Shown: one piece after another, positions 1 to 7,487 of the stretch
Layout of the letters: every line of letters starts with the position of its first letter
Numbering within the stretch: the stretch's first letter is position 1
NCBI RefSeq assembly: GCF_000009965.1
Contig: NC_006624.1
Span: 1,320,001 to 1,352,000, forward strand
Direction: 5' to 3'
DNA from: Thermococcus kodakarensis KOD1
GTDB taxonomy: Archaea > Methanobacteriota_B > Thermococci > Thermococcales > Thermococcaceae
Length of the DNA stretch: 32,000 nt
Made by a program: the position numbers and the translations under genes
Notes under the pieces: model-generated
What the model saw: the letters and a program-made list of their open reading frames with translations, nothing else
Databases searched by the model: none
Told to the model about the DNA's origin: nothing

Positions 1-39
1 ATCGACCACAATCACCACCGGAGAGAATACACCGTAAAC

Positions 40-47
40 TTTAAATA
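40..47 (+). promoter_or_regulatory. Archaeal TATA box (TTTAAATA) for tRNA-Arg
   Basis: TTTAAATA at 40-47. Its centre lies ~33 nt upstream of the mature tRNA 5' end at 77, consistent with a short leader. Confidence 0.6.
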
Positions 48-76
48 CCCTTCTCTAAGAGGGATTAGCGGGCAGT

Positions 77-154
77 GGACCGGTAGCCTAGCCAGGATAG
101 GGCGGCGGCCTCCTAAGCCGCAGGTCCGGGGTTCGAAGCCCCGCCGGTCCGCCA
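77..154 (+). tRNA. tRNA-Arg (anticodon CCT), CCA encoded
   Basis: Hand-folded cloverleaf. Acceptor GGACCGG/CCGGTCC, anticodon stem GCGGC/GCCGC with loop CTCCTAA, T arm CGGGG-TTCGAAG-CCCCG, discriminator G followed by CCA. Confidence 0.92.
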
Positions 155-156
155 TA

Positions 157-397
157 GAAACTTTTCTAATGAAAAGTTTCACCAAAGAGCGAATGTCCTT
201 TTGAGCGCCCTGCTTTTCAGTGATTCTCACAATCAATTTGCAATTCTCAAGGGGTTTGCTCGGAGTATAACGCCCAAAGGGCGTTAAAAAAGAAGAAAAA
301 CCCGCACTTCCCTGCCCATCCATCAAGAGAATCTAACCTTATCAAGCCAATTCTCGGAGACATTCGAGCTTTTGGTGAAGCTTTTCCAAAAAGCTTC
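157..397 (+). repeat. Hairpin-delimited non-coding repeat unit A1
   Basis: Bounded by perfect palindromes at 157-180 (GAAACTTTTC-TAAT-GAAAAGTTTC) and 377-397 (GAAGCTTTT-CCA-AAAAGCTTC). Central GC hairpin at 269-285 (AACGCCC-AAA-GGGCGTT) followed by an A-rich tract. About 85-90% identical by eye to 29324-29560. Confidence 0.9.
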
Positions 398-657
398 AGC
401 GCTGGCGGAAGATTGGTATGCTTTCTTTTTAGATATGCCTGCTTTTGAAGGGTTTACTTCCAATTGGCTGATTCAAAAGGATTTTCTCACCGTATAGTGC
501 CCGAAGGGCACTAAAAAGAAAGTCAAAAATCACAATTAGCGCGGGGATTTTGGAGTTAAACCCGCGCGAGCCTGCCTTCTTGAGAGCATACACTCCCTAA
601 CAGGCGAGATCGAGGAGAAGGGCACACACTTTTGGTGAAGCTTTTTCTAAAAGCTTC
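398..657 (+). repeat. Hairpin-delimited non-coding repeat unit B1
   Basis: Starts AGCGCTGGCGGAA. Central hairpin at 496-512 (AGTGCCC-GAA-GGGCACT) followed by AAAAAGAAAG. Ends in palindrome 637-657 (GAAGCTTTT-TCT-AAAAGCTTC). Homologous to 947-1204 (~70% by eye). Confidence 0.85.
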
Positions 658-946
658 CTGCGCGAAGTTTGATCAAGGTTCGTAGCTCTTTTTCGGAATG
701 CCAATTCACCGTGATTTTCCAACTCAAATGGCTTTTTGAGAGTGAGAACCCTTAATCCACCCTGTCAACTCGTGTTTAACTCTAAATCGGCGCCCTTTGG
801 GCGTCAAAGAAAAGAAAACACCCTCTTCAAGAAGCTTCCTAAAAGGTTCTCACTCAAAAATGAGCACTTGCAGTCTAAAATCCTAAAATAAAACCCTCTT
901 GAAGAAGAGCTACAAACTTTGATGAAACTTTGCCTGGCAAAGTTTC
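658..946 (+). repeat. Hairpin-delimited non-coding repeat unit C1
   Basis: Starts CTGCGCGAAGTTTGATCAAGGTTCGTAGCTC, shared with 29561-29633. Central hairpin at 789-805 (GGCGCCC-TTT-GGGCGTC) followed by an A-rich tract. Ends in palindrome 924-946 (GAAACTTTGC-CTG-GCAAAGTTTC). Confidence 0.8.
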
Positions 947-1204
947 AGCGCCGGCGGAAAAGAGGTATGCGTTTTTAATGAACTAATTTTTGAGTGGGTT
1001 TACTTTCGAGTTGCCAGACTTACAGGATTTTCCCCACAGTATAGTGCTCTTTGAGCGCTAAAAAGAAAGTTCGAAATCACAATTAACGAGAGATTTTTAA
1101 GAACAAACCCACACGCGAACCTGCTTTCTGGGGAGCATACACTCCCGATAAGCAAAGTTCGAGAAGAAGGGCACACTTTTGGTCAAGCTTTTTCCAAAAG
1201 CTTG
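947..1204 (+). repeat. Hairpin-delimited non-coding repeat unit B2
   Basis: Starts AGCGCCGGCGGAA. Central hairpin at 1043-1059 (AGTGCTC-TTT-GAGCGCT) followed by AAAAAGAAAG. Ends in palindrome 1184-1204 (CAAGCTTTT-TCC-AAAAGCTTG). Confidence 0.85.
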
Positions 1205-1218
1205 CTGGAAACGAAAGG

Positions 1219-1226
1219 CTTAAATA
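1219..1226 (+). promoter_or_regulatory. TATA box (CTTAAATA) with purine-rich BRE for the 1275 CDS
   Basis: GAAAGG-CTTAAATA lies ~50 nt upstream of the ATG at 1275. The SD GGAGGTGGT sits at 1262-1270. Confidence 0.55.
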
Positions 1227-1274
1227 CTTCAACACTTTTATTTTCTTCAGGTAAGAAAAAAGGAGGTGGTGGCC

Positions 1275-2036
1275 ATGGTGTACGTGGCCGTTCTTGCAAA
1301 CATCAACGGCAACCTTCCAGCACTGGCAAAGGCCCTTGAAAAGATAGAGGCCCTAAAGGAGGAAGGGTACGAAATAGAGAAGTACTATGTTCTGGGCAAC
1401 ATCGTTGGTCTGTTCCCGTACCCGAAGGAAGTCCTTGACGCTCTTGATGACCTCATCAGAAACAACACAGTCAAGGTCATCAGGGGTGAGTTCGACCAGG
1501 TAATAGCCGAGAGCGATCCCCACGCGGAAGGACCGGACTACATTGACAAGGTTGAATATCCCGACTACATAAAGAAGGCCCTCAAGTACACCTGGGAAGC
1601 CCTTGGTCACGAAGGGCGCGAGTTCATAAGGGACCTTCCAATATACCTTGTCGACAAGATTGGAAAGAACGACATATTCGGAGTCTATGGAAGTCCTCTG
1701 AACCCGTTTGGAGGAGTTGTACTGCCAGACCAGCCGACCAGCTACTACGAAGCCATCATGAGGCCGGTCAAAGACTATGAGATACTCTTTGTTGCATCAC
1801 CCAAGTATCCGGTCAACGCTATGACCCGCTACGGTAGGGTCATCTGTCCCGGAAGCATTGGATACCCACCGGGCAAGAACCACAAAGCAACCTTTGCCCT
1901 CGTTGATGTGGACACTCTACACACCAAGTTCATAGAAGTGGACTATGATGACGAGAAAAAGCTCATAGAGGAGAAAATCAAGAAAGAGGGCCTTCCGGAA
2001 GAGCTTATCAAGATACTCTATCATGGAAAGGTCTGA
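1275..2036 (+). CDS. Calcineurin-like metallophosphoesterase homolog (Metallophos_2 / YfcE-like fold) with degenerate metal-binding motifs
   Basis: ORF 1266-2036. The ATG at 1275 has better spacing from SD GGAGGTGGT than the GTG at 1266. The motif layout matches the family but the key residues are replaced (ANINGN, LGNIVG, RGEFD, VYGSP, VASPKYP, then CPGSIGYP). Confidence 0.75.
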   Translation: MVYVAVLANINGNLPALAKALEKIEALKEEGYEIEKYYVLGNIVGLFPYPKEVLDALDDLIRNNTVKVIRGEFDQVIAESDPHAEGPDYIDKVEYPDYIKKALKYTWEALGHEGREFIRDLPIYLVDKIGKNDIFGVYGSPLNPFGGVVLPDQPTSYYEAIMRPVKDYEILFVASPKYPVNAMTRYGRVICPGSIGYPPGKNHKATFALVDVDTLHTKFIEVDYDDEKKLIEEKIKKEGLPEELIKILYHGKV

Positions 2037-2041
2037 TCCCT

Positions 2042-2341
2042 TTAACCTTTTTTGAATCCTAAGTAGAAGCCTGCAACAAACGCACCAGTACCTGGGAGTA
2101 TCCCAAGAGCCTTCTGTCCAAGACCTAGTACCTGCTGGGTCACGTTCTCACTCAGGTTGAAGAGCTTGTCAGTGTTTATTGTTATCACTCCCTTCTGCTG
2201 AAGCCAGAAGAGGCTCAAAAGGTAGGCTCCTATTAATGTCATCACGATTTTCACGAACTTCTTCAGTGCATACCCTGTTACAAAGCCCACTATAGCACCA
2301 ACGCCCAGATCCCCGAACATACCGCTCATATCGAACTCCAT
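2042..2341 (-). CDS. FUN14-family small membrane protein
   Basis: 99 aa, glycine-rich with three hydrophobic segments (GAIVGFVTGYALKK, LIGAYLLSLFWL, GTGAFVAGFYLGFKKG), typical of the FUN14 domain. SD GGTGGT precedes the ATG. Confidence 0.7.
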   Translation of the reverse strand: MEFDMSGMFGDLGVGAIVGFVTGYALKKFVKIVMTLIGAYLLSLFWLQQKGVITINTDKLFNLSENVTQQVLGLGQKALGILPGTGAFVAGFYLGFKKG

Positions 2342-2399
2342 GAGACCACCACTAACAAATCGGGCGAGAAGAAAGATAAACCTTTTGTTGGCAAAACCC

Positions 2400-2409
2400 T
2401 TAAATTATA
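2400..2409 (+). promoter_or_regulatory. TATA box (TTAAATTATA) for the PadR-family gene
   Basis: A/T box ~45 nt upstream of the ATG at 2450. SD GGGTGAGATC lies immediately before the start. Confidence 0.5.
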
Positions 2410-2449
2410 TGGATCTAAAATATTTCACAAAGAACAAAAGGGTGAGATC

Positions 2450-2779
2450 ATGACAACCCCCCTAGAGAGATTACAGAACAAGATTACAAAGGAAGTTCTG
2501 TGGCTCTACATACTCCGGCTTTTGAAAGAGCGCCCCATGTACGCATACGAGCTAAAGGAGAAGATAAAAGAGGCTTTCAACTTTGAACCTGCCACAGTCA
2601 GCTCTTACGTGGTGCTTTACAAGCTTGAGAAAGAGGGATATGTAACCTCAGAATGGCAGGAAACGACAGGAGGTAAACCGGCCAGGAAGTACTACAAGCT
2701 CACACCGAAGGGCGAAGAACTCCTAAAAGAGGGAATAAACTTCCTCGAAGAAACATTGAAAAAACTGAAGGGGGAGTGA
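2450..2779 (+). CDS. PadR-family winged-helix transcriptional regulator
   Basis: 109 aa. YAYELKEKI...SYVVLYKLEKEGYVTSEW...KPARKYYKLTPKGEELL is the canonical PadR wHTH signature. Confidence 0.88.
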   Translation: MTTPLERLQNKITKEVLWLYILRLLKERPMYAYELKEKIKEAFNFEPATVSSYVVLYKLEKEGYVTSEWQETTGGKPARKYYKLTPKGEELLKEGINFLEETLKKLKGE

Positions 2780-3082
<303 letters not shown>

Positions 3083-3122
3083 GCGAGGGAAAGTAAAGCG
3101 AGGGGCGTTAAAAATTTTCCCC

Positions 3123-3728
3123 TCAGGTCCTTATGATCCTCATCTCGAAGTCCTCAACCGGTATCTTGAAGTCTTCCCTGCTCTCGATCTCCTTCCTGTT
3201 GTAGAGGACTTCCCTGGCAAGTATCCAGTAGATGAGGGCGAGAGCCTTCCTGCCCTTGTTGTTGGTTGGGATTGCGATATCAACGTAGCTCAGGAAGTTC
3301 TCGGTGTCAACGAGGGCCACTATGGGTATTCCAATCTCAACGGCCTCCTTAAGGGCCTGGTGGTCGGCCCTCGGGTCGGTAACTATGAGAACGTCGGGCT
3401 CAATGAAGTTCTTGACCTGAGGGTTGGTCATAGTTCCTGGAAGGAAACGACCGGGTATAGCTTTGGCGCCAGTGACCTCACCGAACTTCTTAACGGGCCT
3501 CTGGCCGTAGAGCCTGACGCTCACGGCAAGTATGCTCTCGGGGTCGAACTTGGCAAGGAACTTTCCAGCGACACGAAGCCTCTCATCGGTCTTCCTAACG
3601 TCGAGGACGTAGAGTCCGTCCTGCCTTACCCTGTATATGAACTTCTTCATGTCCTTGGTCTTCTGCTGGGTTCCGATGTGGACACCGGCAGCAAGGTACT
3701 GGTCGAGCGGAACGAGATACTCCTCCAC
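3123..3728 (-). CDS. rps2: 30S ribosomal protein S2 (uS2)
   Basis: 201 aa with clear uS2 sequence ([33 protein letters not shown]). GTG start preceded by GGAGGTG. Confidence 0.96.
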
Positions 3729-3741
3729 CTTTCACACCTCC

Positions 3742-4767
3742 TCATCCTTCAAACGTTATCACCCTACCCCTTTCACCAAGGTCTTCGGCTATCCTTATCA
3801 GCTCGTTGAGCTTGGCGATGGAGTCCTTGCGGAGCACCACCGCCGGACACCTAAAGCCCACGGCCATGTGGGCGAGCGCCTCGTCGGAGGACTCAAAACG
3901 AGCCTCCGCGAGGATTGGAACAATCCTCTCCGACTTTGCGTCGTTAATAAGGTTGTATAAGTCGGTGAGCGTGCCCAGATTTATCGGCTTTATGGACAGG
4001 GCGTTGTAATAGCGCCTGTCTAGTATGTCCTTCTGGCGGAACAGGTACTCCCCATCTATAAAAACCCCGTGAGTTCCGGCAATAAGCTCAAGGAAGAGCT
4101 CCTCATCACCCATTGGCTTTAGATAAGCCACGTTGTTGTCTTCAACGAGGGTCAGCAGTTTTTCCATGTCCATGGGAGCCTTCTGGGCGAGTCCCAGGGC
4201 GACATCGAGACCGAGTTCACTGCTGGCTTTTTCTGTCGCCTCCGAGTATCCTTCAACAGTCGCCTCTTTGAGGTTGGAGAGCACGCCGTTTACGGCATCA
4301 ACAACATCGGTTATCTCCATCAGGTCGCGCACCATTACGTAGTAGTCAAACTCACTGTCGCTCGCGAACTCAAGTATCGGGACTGGGAGTTCGGTGGTGA
4401 ACGTCCCGCCAAGGTAAGTGTAGAGCGGAAGGTTCTTCTCGCTGGCTGCTGCCTTTGCCGTGGCAACCGATACGGCTAAGGCCGTGTTTGCACCGATGTG
4501 GCTGAAGTCCTCGGTGCCGTCTATCTCCCACAGATAGCTGTCTATAAGCTCCTGCTCCGTTGCGTCAAACCCGATAAGCTCTGGCCCTATTATCTCGTCA
4601 ACCTCACTGACGGCCCTGTGGGCTTCCGCTATGTAGAGGTCAGGATTCTCGTCTACCGGGGCGGCGAACCTGCCAAAACCCGAGCTAGTTATAACGTCAA
4701 CCTCAACCGAATACCTGCCGCCCCTGAGTACTGTTACCCTGCCGACTATGTTCTCTATCACCGTCAT
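3742..4767 (-). CDS. Enolase-like protein (short, divergent paralog; probably not a functional enolase)
   Basis: 341 aa. Enolase-like blocks are present (IGANTALAVSVATAKAAA, NALSIKPINLGTLTD, KLNELIRIAEDLG). It is ~90 aa shorter than enolases and its catalytic blocks are diverged. Confidence 0.75.
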   Translation of the reverse strand: MTVIENIVGRVTVLRGGRYSVEVDVITSSGFGRFAAPVDENPDLYIAEAHRAVSEVDEIIGPELIGFDATEQELIDSYLWEIDGTEDFSHIGANTALAVSVATAKAAASEKNLPLYTYLGGTFTTELPVPILEFASDSEFDYYVMVRDLMEITDVVDAVNGVLSNLKEATVEGYSEATEKASSELGLDVALGLAQKAPMDMEKLLTLVEDNNVAYLKPMGDEELFLELIAGTHGVFIDGEYLFRQKDILDRRYYNALSIKPINLGTLTDLYNLINDAKSERIVPILAEARFESSDEALAHMAVGFRCPAVVLRKDSIAKLNELIRIAEDLGERGRVITFEG

Positions 4768-4773
4768 CTCTCA

Positions 4774-4947
4774 TCAGCTCGGCCTTATTACGGTGATCGG
4801 TATCACACCCTTCTCGAACTCGAGGAGAGCCGCCTGAAGGGGAGTAATTCCCTCGGGTACATCGATTAGCACCGGGGCTCCCATCGCTATCTGGAGAGCC
4901 CTGGCTCCAATGATGCGGGCCTTTTCAAAGCGGGTGTACCTAAACAC
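4774..4947 (-). CDS. rpoK: DNA-directed RNA polymerase subunit K (Rpo6)
   Basis: The conserved core is (M)[59 protein letters not shown] start at 4947 follows GGGGTGGT. The track ORF extends to 5022 and runs into tRNA-Pro. Confidence 0.88.
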   Translation of the reverse strand: MFRYTRFEKARIIGARALQIAMGAPVLIDVPEGITPLQAALLEFEKGVIPITVIRPS

Positions 4948-4983
4948 GACTACCACCCCACTTCCTGTGCACAGATCAAATTT

Positions 4984-5061
4984 TGGTGGGGCCGCCGGGA
5001 TTTGAACCCGGGTCTCCGGCACCCCAAGCCGGGAGGATAGACCAAGCTACCCCACGGCCCC
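4984..5061 (-). tRNA. tRNA-Pro (anticodon GGG), CCA encoded
   Basis: Reverse complement is GGGGCCG...CCGGC-TTGGGGT-GCCGG...CCGGG-TTCAAAT-CCCGG-CGGCCCC-A-CCA. Confidence 0.9.
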
Positions 5062-5078
5062 GCCCAGAAATGCGGTTT

Positions 5079-5276
5079 TTAGTAGACTTTATAAACCATT
5101 ACCTGGTCGATCAGCTCTACGTGGCTCAGCAAGGTTCTCCTGCAGCAGTACCTCTCAACGCCGAGGTCGTCGAGGACCTTACCCGGGTCTTCCCCGGCCT
5201 CAACCCTCTTCTTGAACTCGTAGTACTTGTCTGCGAGCACCTTTCCGCAGGTGAAGCACCTGACGGGGACTATCAT
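5079..5276 (-). CDS. rpoN: DNA-directed RNA polymerase subunit N (Rpo10)
   Basis: 65 aa, [21 protein letters not shown]...RYCCRR zinc motif. SD GAGGTGTGA. Confidence 0.95.
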   Translation of the reverse strand: MIVPVRCFTCGKVLADKYYEFKKRVEAGEDPGKVLDDLGVERYCCRRTLLSHVELIDQVMVYKVY

Positions 5277-5308
5277 TTTTCACACCTCAAAGGGTTAAAG
5301 GAAAGGCA

Positions 5309-5716
5309 TCAGCGGTATGACTTCTGCCTCTTGGCCCTCGGACCCTTGGTTGAGCGGTTGGGCTTGTGAGGCTCGGTTCTCCTGCTGTCGCCGACGAGCA
5401 TTGTCCTGTCGTACTTCATAAACTTTTCCTTCAGGTTCATGTCGTTGGTCCACTCAACGAGGGCCCTGGCTATGGCAACTCTAGCTGCCTCAGCCTGGCC
5501 CATGAAGCCTCCGCCCTCAACCTTGACGTCTATGTCAACCCTGCTGACGATCTCTTCACCTGCAAGGATGAGCGGCTCCATGATGGTGAAGCGCGCTATC
5601 TCCGGCTCGATGATCTCGACGGGCTTGTGGTTGATCCTGACGCGGCCCTTTCCTTCCCTTATGGTGGCCCTCGCAACGGCCGTCTTCCTCTTACCAGCAG
5701 TCTGGATGACCCTCAT
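5309..5716 (-). CDS. rps9: 30S ribosomal protein S9 (uS9)
   Basis: [29 protein letters not shown]...KSYR. The ATG at 5716 follows GAGGTGAGAAAG. The 24-codon track extension overlaps rpl13. Confidence 0.93.
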
Positions 5717-5726
5717 CTTTCTCACC

Positions 5727-6155
5727 TCAGAACTTTCCACCGAGGAACTTCGCGACCTCTCCAACGGTAACGTACTTCGGAGTGGCAAGCCTCGACATGT
5801 GGGCCTCGCTTATGGTCTCGAACTCCTTGCCCTCGAACTCCTTGGGAACTCCGACGTAGACCTTGAGCCTCTTGAAGGCCTTCCTTCCGCGGTCGGTCTT
5901 CCAGGGGAGCATGCCCCTAACAGTTCTCCTGACGATCTCGTCGCTCCTCTTCGGATAGAACGGGCCCCTCCTCGGGTTGGTCCTGGTTCTGAGCTCGGTC
6001 CTCTGCTTGTACTTGGCGAAGATGTCCTCCCTGTTGCCGGTGATGATGGCCTTTTCGGCGTTGACGATGACTACCTCCTCGCCCTCGAGGAGCATCTTGG
6101 CGACCTTCGAGGCGAGCCTTCCGAGTATGAGTCCTTCAGCGTTAATTATCCTCAT
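5727..6155 (-). CDS. rpl13: 50S ribosomal protein L13 (uL13)
   Basis: 142 aa, [40 protein letters not shown]. Confidence 0.95.
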
Positions 6156-6161
6156 GGCCCA

Positions 6162-6527
6162 TCACTCCATTATGATTACTCCACTACCCTTCGGGTTTCT
6201 CTCCATAAGCTCCTCAATGCTTATGGCCTCTCCACCGGCCTCGATTATCTTCCTCCTGGCTGCCTCGCTGAACTTCCAAGCTGCAACGACGACCTTGTGC
6301 TCAAGCCTTCCTGCACCGAGGACGCTTCCCGGGACGATAACAACGTCGCCCTCCTTGGTATAGCGGTTGATCTTGCTGATGTTCACCTCAGCCCTCTGCC
6401 TCCTGGGCCTCTCAAGGCGCCAGGCGATGTCCTTCCATATCTTGACTCCTTCCTCGTTTGACTTTTTCCTGAGGGTGCGGATGAGCCTTCTCAGGTTAAT
6501 ATCGGTCGGTCCAGTTCTCTTAACCAT
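6162..6527 (-). CDS. rpl18e: 50S ribosomal protein L18e
   Basis: [31 protein letters not shown]. The second ATG (6527) has proper spacing from GGAGGT; the first ATG (6533) abuts it. Confidence 0.9.
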
Positions 6528-6588
6528 GAACATACCTCCTCAAAGCTCTCGCAGGGAAACCGACAGTCGGACGGGGTGAGCGTAATTA

Positions 6589-6676
6589 TGGTGCGGGGGC
6601 GGGGATTTGAACCCCGGAACCCCTGCGGGACGGGACCCTGAATCCCGCGCCTTTGGCCAGGCTCGGCTACCCCCGC
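6589..6676 (-). tRNA. tRNA-Leu (anticodon CAG), long variable arm, CCA encoded
   Basis: Reverse complement is GCGGGGG...CGGGA-TTCAGGG-TCCCG...CGGGG-TTCAAAT-CCCCG-CCCCCGC-A-CCA. The 5' end lies 1 nt from the rpoD stop. Confidence 0.92.
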
Positions 6677-6677
6677 G

Positions 6678-7457
6678 TCAGTCGGCTAATTTATGGAGCT
6701 CGTTTATAAATCTATCGCTCTTCCTCATGAGTATTTTGAGCGCTATGCTCACGATTTCCTCAACGGGAAGTTCACCATTCGTTTCGACGGTAAACACGAA
6801 TGAACCGGGCACTATCTCCTCTCTGATCCCCTTACCCATGTGCTCCTCGAACTTCCTGGGAAGGTAAAAGGCCTTTATCGTGGTTATGACTATCTCCTCA
6901 TCACTCTCCTCGACGGGGAGTCCACGCCTCTCAGCGAGCTCTTTGAGCTCCTCCCAGTCGGGAACGTCTTTGCTGACGTGTATCTTGGTCAGGTACTTGT
7001 AGTAAACGAAGCCCGGTTGCCACTTGGCGTGATCCTTTCCGCGGCCGAGCCTCGCATAAGCGTTGAACGTTAGCCTTTGTCCTTCTGCGAGCTTTACTAT
7101 GGGGATGTTCGGGTTGGCGGGCTTTACATCTCCATCGCTACTCTTGAGGTCGCCCGAGTACACCATGCCAGGGCCCTCAGCCTCAAGCGAGAGGGTAACC
7201 GTGTAGTCATCAAGCTCAAGGGCATCGAGCGAGAACCTCTCATGAGGAGTCGTGAGCGGTATCATGGCAAGCCTGTGCGCTATTATCTCGTCGAAAAGTG
7301 CAGAATCGTTCTCTAGGAACTCGACCTCATCAACGGCAAAGGTTGGGACTTCCGAGAGAATAGTCCTTCTAAGGGCGTTCGCGAACGGTACATCAACGCC
7401 GCTGACGATGAACTTTATTGAGTCGGGCCTCTTCTCAAGAATCTTGAACTCTACCAT
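6678..7457 (-). CDS. rpoD: DNA-directed RNA polymerase subunit D (Rpo3)
   Basis: [46 protein letters not shown]. The start is ambiguous: ATG at 7457 (preferred, after GGTGATG), ATG at 7463 or TTG at 7469. Confidence 0.9.
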
Positions 7458-7487
7458 TGGCATCACCAAAAAAGAAGTTGTAGGGGA

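Noticed and set aside
157-180. Replication origin (ORB/mini-ORB) elements in the AT-rich hairpin region.
   Set aside because: The palindromes do not resemble the Pyrococcus ORB core as I remember it (…TTCCAGTGGAAAC…). No orc1/cdc6 gene is adjacent.
12-326. 104-aa minus-strand ORF.
   Set aside because: It runs antisense through tRNA-Arg and its promoter into repeat unit A1. The A2 copy carries indels relative to A1, so the frame is unlikely to be preserved there, and no SD is visible.
915-950. C/D-box sRNA, because TGATGA occurs at 919-924 (ACTTTGATGAAAC).
   Set aside because: No D box (CTGA) or C'/D' boxes occur at appropriate spacing. The other copies of this position read TGGTGA rather than TGATGA.
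157-1204. CRISPR array interpretation of the regularly spaced 21-24 nt palindromes.
   Set aside because: The inter-palindrome segments are 195-265 nt, far longer than spacers, and they are homologous to one another. The repeats are not identical, and no cas genes or leader are present in the window.
5439-6461. Long plus-strand ORFs antisense to the ribosomal genes (e.g. 5439-6461 340 aa, 19534-20379 281 aa, 23931-25043 370 aa, 26115-27410 431 aa, 27547-28398 283 aa).
   Set aside because: They lie exactly opposite well-identified, SD-preceded minus-strand genes and cross several gene boundaries. Their composition is low-complexity and rich in L, P, S and G, with no recognisable motifs, SDs or promoters. 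Open antisense frames of this kind are expected in GC-rich, codon-biased genes.
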